A stretch of DNA of 63,605 nt, filler included, from Chrysochromulina tobinii (lineage: Eukaryota): NCBI GenBank assembly GCA_001275005.1. It is 4 parts of 4 records of this genome, joined end to end, with 100 filler letters (N's around TTAATTAATTAA, not from the genome) between each part and the next. Parts side by side here need not be neighbours in the genome. Positions count along the whole stretch, not along the records: positions 61,784 to 63,605 come from JWZX01001481.1; 3 more parts are not named here. One strand, written 5' to 3'. Below the pieces are notes generated by a model. The model saw nothing but the letters and a program-made list of their open reading frames with translations, had not been told where the DNA came from and searched no databases. Shown here piece by piece: positions 62,192-63,605 of the stretch (within the stretch, counting starts at the first letter, position 1; each line of letters begins with the position of its first letter). A program made the translations under genes and the position numbers.

Positions 62192-63605
62192 TTAAGATTG
62201 GCTGCGACGCTCATCGAGCAAGGCGCGCACTTGAGTCATATCCTCCGCTAGTGTCGCCTCCATCGTCTCCCTCTCAGCTTTAGTTTCATGGGCGGCAGCA
62301 TAGTTCTCAGCATTCGCATGTTGCTTTTGCAAGTCTGTGAGCGTGGCGATTTTGTGACTCGTCTGCAAGAGAGTTCGCTTCCATTCAGCCCACCTGGCAG
62401 CATCAATATACTTCTCTGCCTTAACAGCAATGTTTTGTGCTTCCTGGATTTCGCTGATGAGACTTTGCACAGCCTCAGGCACGTTCTCTCCTGCTGCGTC
62501 CTTGTCGTCCCCACCCTTATTCTTAAGTGCGAGCATCTGCTGGTCTCCGGGCCTCGGCCTGGGCGGCGGAGGTGGCATCAGATCTCGAGGACGTGGCGGC
62601 GCCGATAAGCCGTCTCCCGAGCTTGATCCTCCCATCAAGAGAGGCTGAAGGTTCGTCGCCAACCATTGCGCATTGTTCGACCCACTTGGACCACCGCCGC
62701 CGCCGGAGGCGAAAAGACCGGTGAAAGCGCCTTTCATGTGAGCCTGGCCCACCAATGCTTGCGTCAGTTGCATCTGAAGCTGTTCGACCGTTACATGCAC
62801 CGCATCCTTCGTTTCCATGGTTGCTACAGTCTTGGCATTCTCGACCTTCAACTGGTTCAACTGCTGATCGTTCGCTTCCAGCCGCTCCTCCATCTTTTGC
62901 CGCATCGCCTCAAGTGCTTCCCTTCCCTTCGCCTCCTCCTCACTCTGGGCTTTGCGTACTGCTTGTTCCGTTTGAAGTTCAATAAGTTTCTTATTCATCT
63001 GCTCCCTCTCGATCTTGAGCTTATGTGCCTCCTGCTCTGCCTTTTCCTTCGACTCAAGAGCCGATTGCACCGCAGCGACTTGCGACTGCAATGCGAGCGC
63101 TGCTCTGTTGCTGGCGTCCAGCGCCAAGTTTTCAACTCTGTTCAGCTCCGCTGCCTGTCGTTGGGATTCCCTCTCCCGTTCTGCAGTTCTCTTTGAGTTT
63201 GCCTCAATTGTCTCTAGCTTGGCGGCGATCTCTCGCTGCTGGGCGGCGAGCGCGGCTTGACCCGCCGCCTGCTGGGCGGCGATCTCTCGCTGCTGGGCGG
63301 CGAGCGCGGCTTGTCCCTGGGCGGCGATCTCTCGCTGCTGGGCGGCGAGCGCGGCTTGTCCCTGGGCGGCGGACGCGGCGTGACCCGCCACCGGCTTGGC
63401 GACAAGGGGGGGAAAGGGATCCACCGACAGTTTTGCTTTCTTCGCCTTGCTAGCCGCCGCATTGTTCAGCTTCTCCCGAGCTTCATCTACTGCAGTATGA
63501 ACGTCTTTCTTTGCATTCTCGACCTTCGACTTTGTCCCCGTTTGAGGAGTGTAGTCGTGTTTGTATCTCTTGCACTCACCGTGCAAGAGCTCAATAGCGG
63601 AGAGT
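62192..63605 (-). CDS. Coiled-coil protein with two C-terminal UVR-like motifs; 5' partial
   Basis: AVKAEKYIDAARW and HANAENYAAAHETK, plus GQAALAAQQREIAA tandem repeats. Confidence 0.6.
   Translation of the reverse strand, partial: LSAIELLHGECKRYKHDYTPQTGTKSKVENAKKDVHTAVDEAREKLNNAAASKAKKAKLSVDPFPPLVAKPVAGHAASAAQGQAALAAQQREIAAQGQAALAAQQREIAAQQAAGQAALAAQQREIAAKLETIEANSKRTAERERESQRQAAELNRVENLALDASNRAALALQSQVAAVQSALESKEKAEQEAHKLKIEREQMNKKLIELQTEQAVRKAQSEEEAKGREALEAMRQKMEERLEANDQQLNQLKVENAKTVATMETKDAVHVTVEQLQMQLTQALVGQAHMKGAFTGLFASGGGGGPSGSNNAQWLATNLQPLLMGGSSSGDGLSAPPRPRDLMPPPPPRPRPGDQQMLALKNKGGDDKDAAGENVPEAVQSLISEIQEAQNIAVKAEKYIDAARWAEWKRTLLQTSHKIATLTDLQKQHANAENYAAAHETKAERETMEATLAEDMTQVRALLDERRSQS

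Overview
This is GC-rich, gene-dense eukaryotic DNA. A haptophyte alga such as Chrysochromulina is my inference from spliceosomal introns, bipartite plastid-targeting peptides and gene content. Four contigs are joined by artificial N-TTAATTAATTAA-N linkers (24821-24920, 42189-42288, 61684-61783), so synteny across these is not evidence. About 28 protein genes are visible: a TRF4/PAPD5-like nucleotidyltransferase, FMN reductase, a BRCT-Skp1-F-box-LRR fusion, m-AAA FtsH protease, an ELM2-SANT protein, a GH63-like hydrolase, proteasome beta-2, DGAT2, GT8, MsrB, MAEA, TBL1, a P450, an EML-like WD40 protein, NOM1, PTOX, MnmG, CCDC77, a DnaJ-ShKT protein, GT47 and several hypotheticals. There is also an 824-bp TA-flanked TIR element. 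The main signal is a class of introns that look newly made, found in three genes and on both strands. Most begin with a copy (4-33 nt) of the start of the NEXT exon, which supplies the GT/GC donor. They continue with short tandem repeats or a conserved cassette and end in one of a few stereotyped acceptors (TGATTGCCTCCCTCATCAG, CCTCTCCCCACAG, GATCTCGCAG). Some are stacked back-to-back with no exon between them. This points to an Introner-like intron-generating process. All gene models are predicted from sequence alone, without transcript data.
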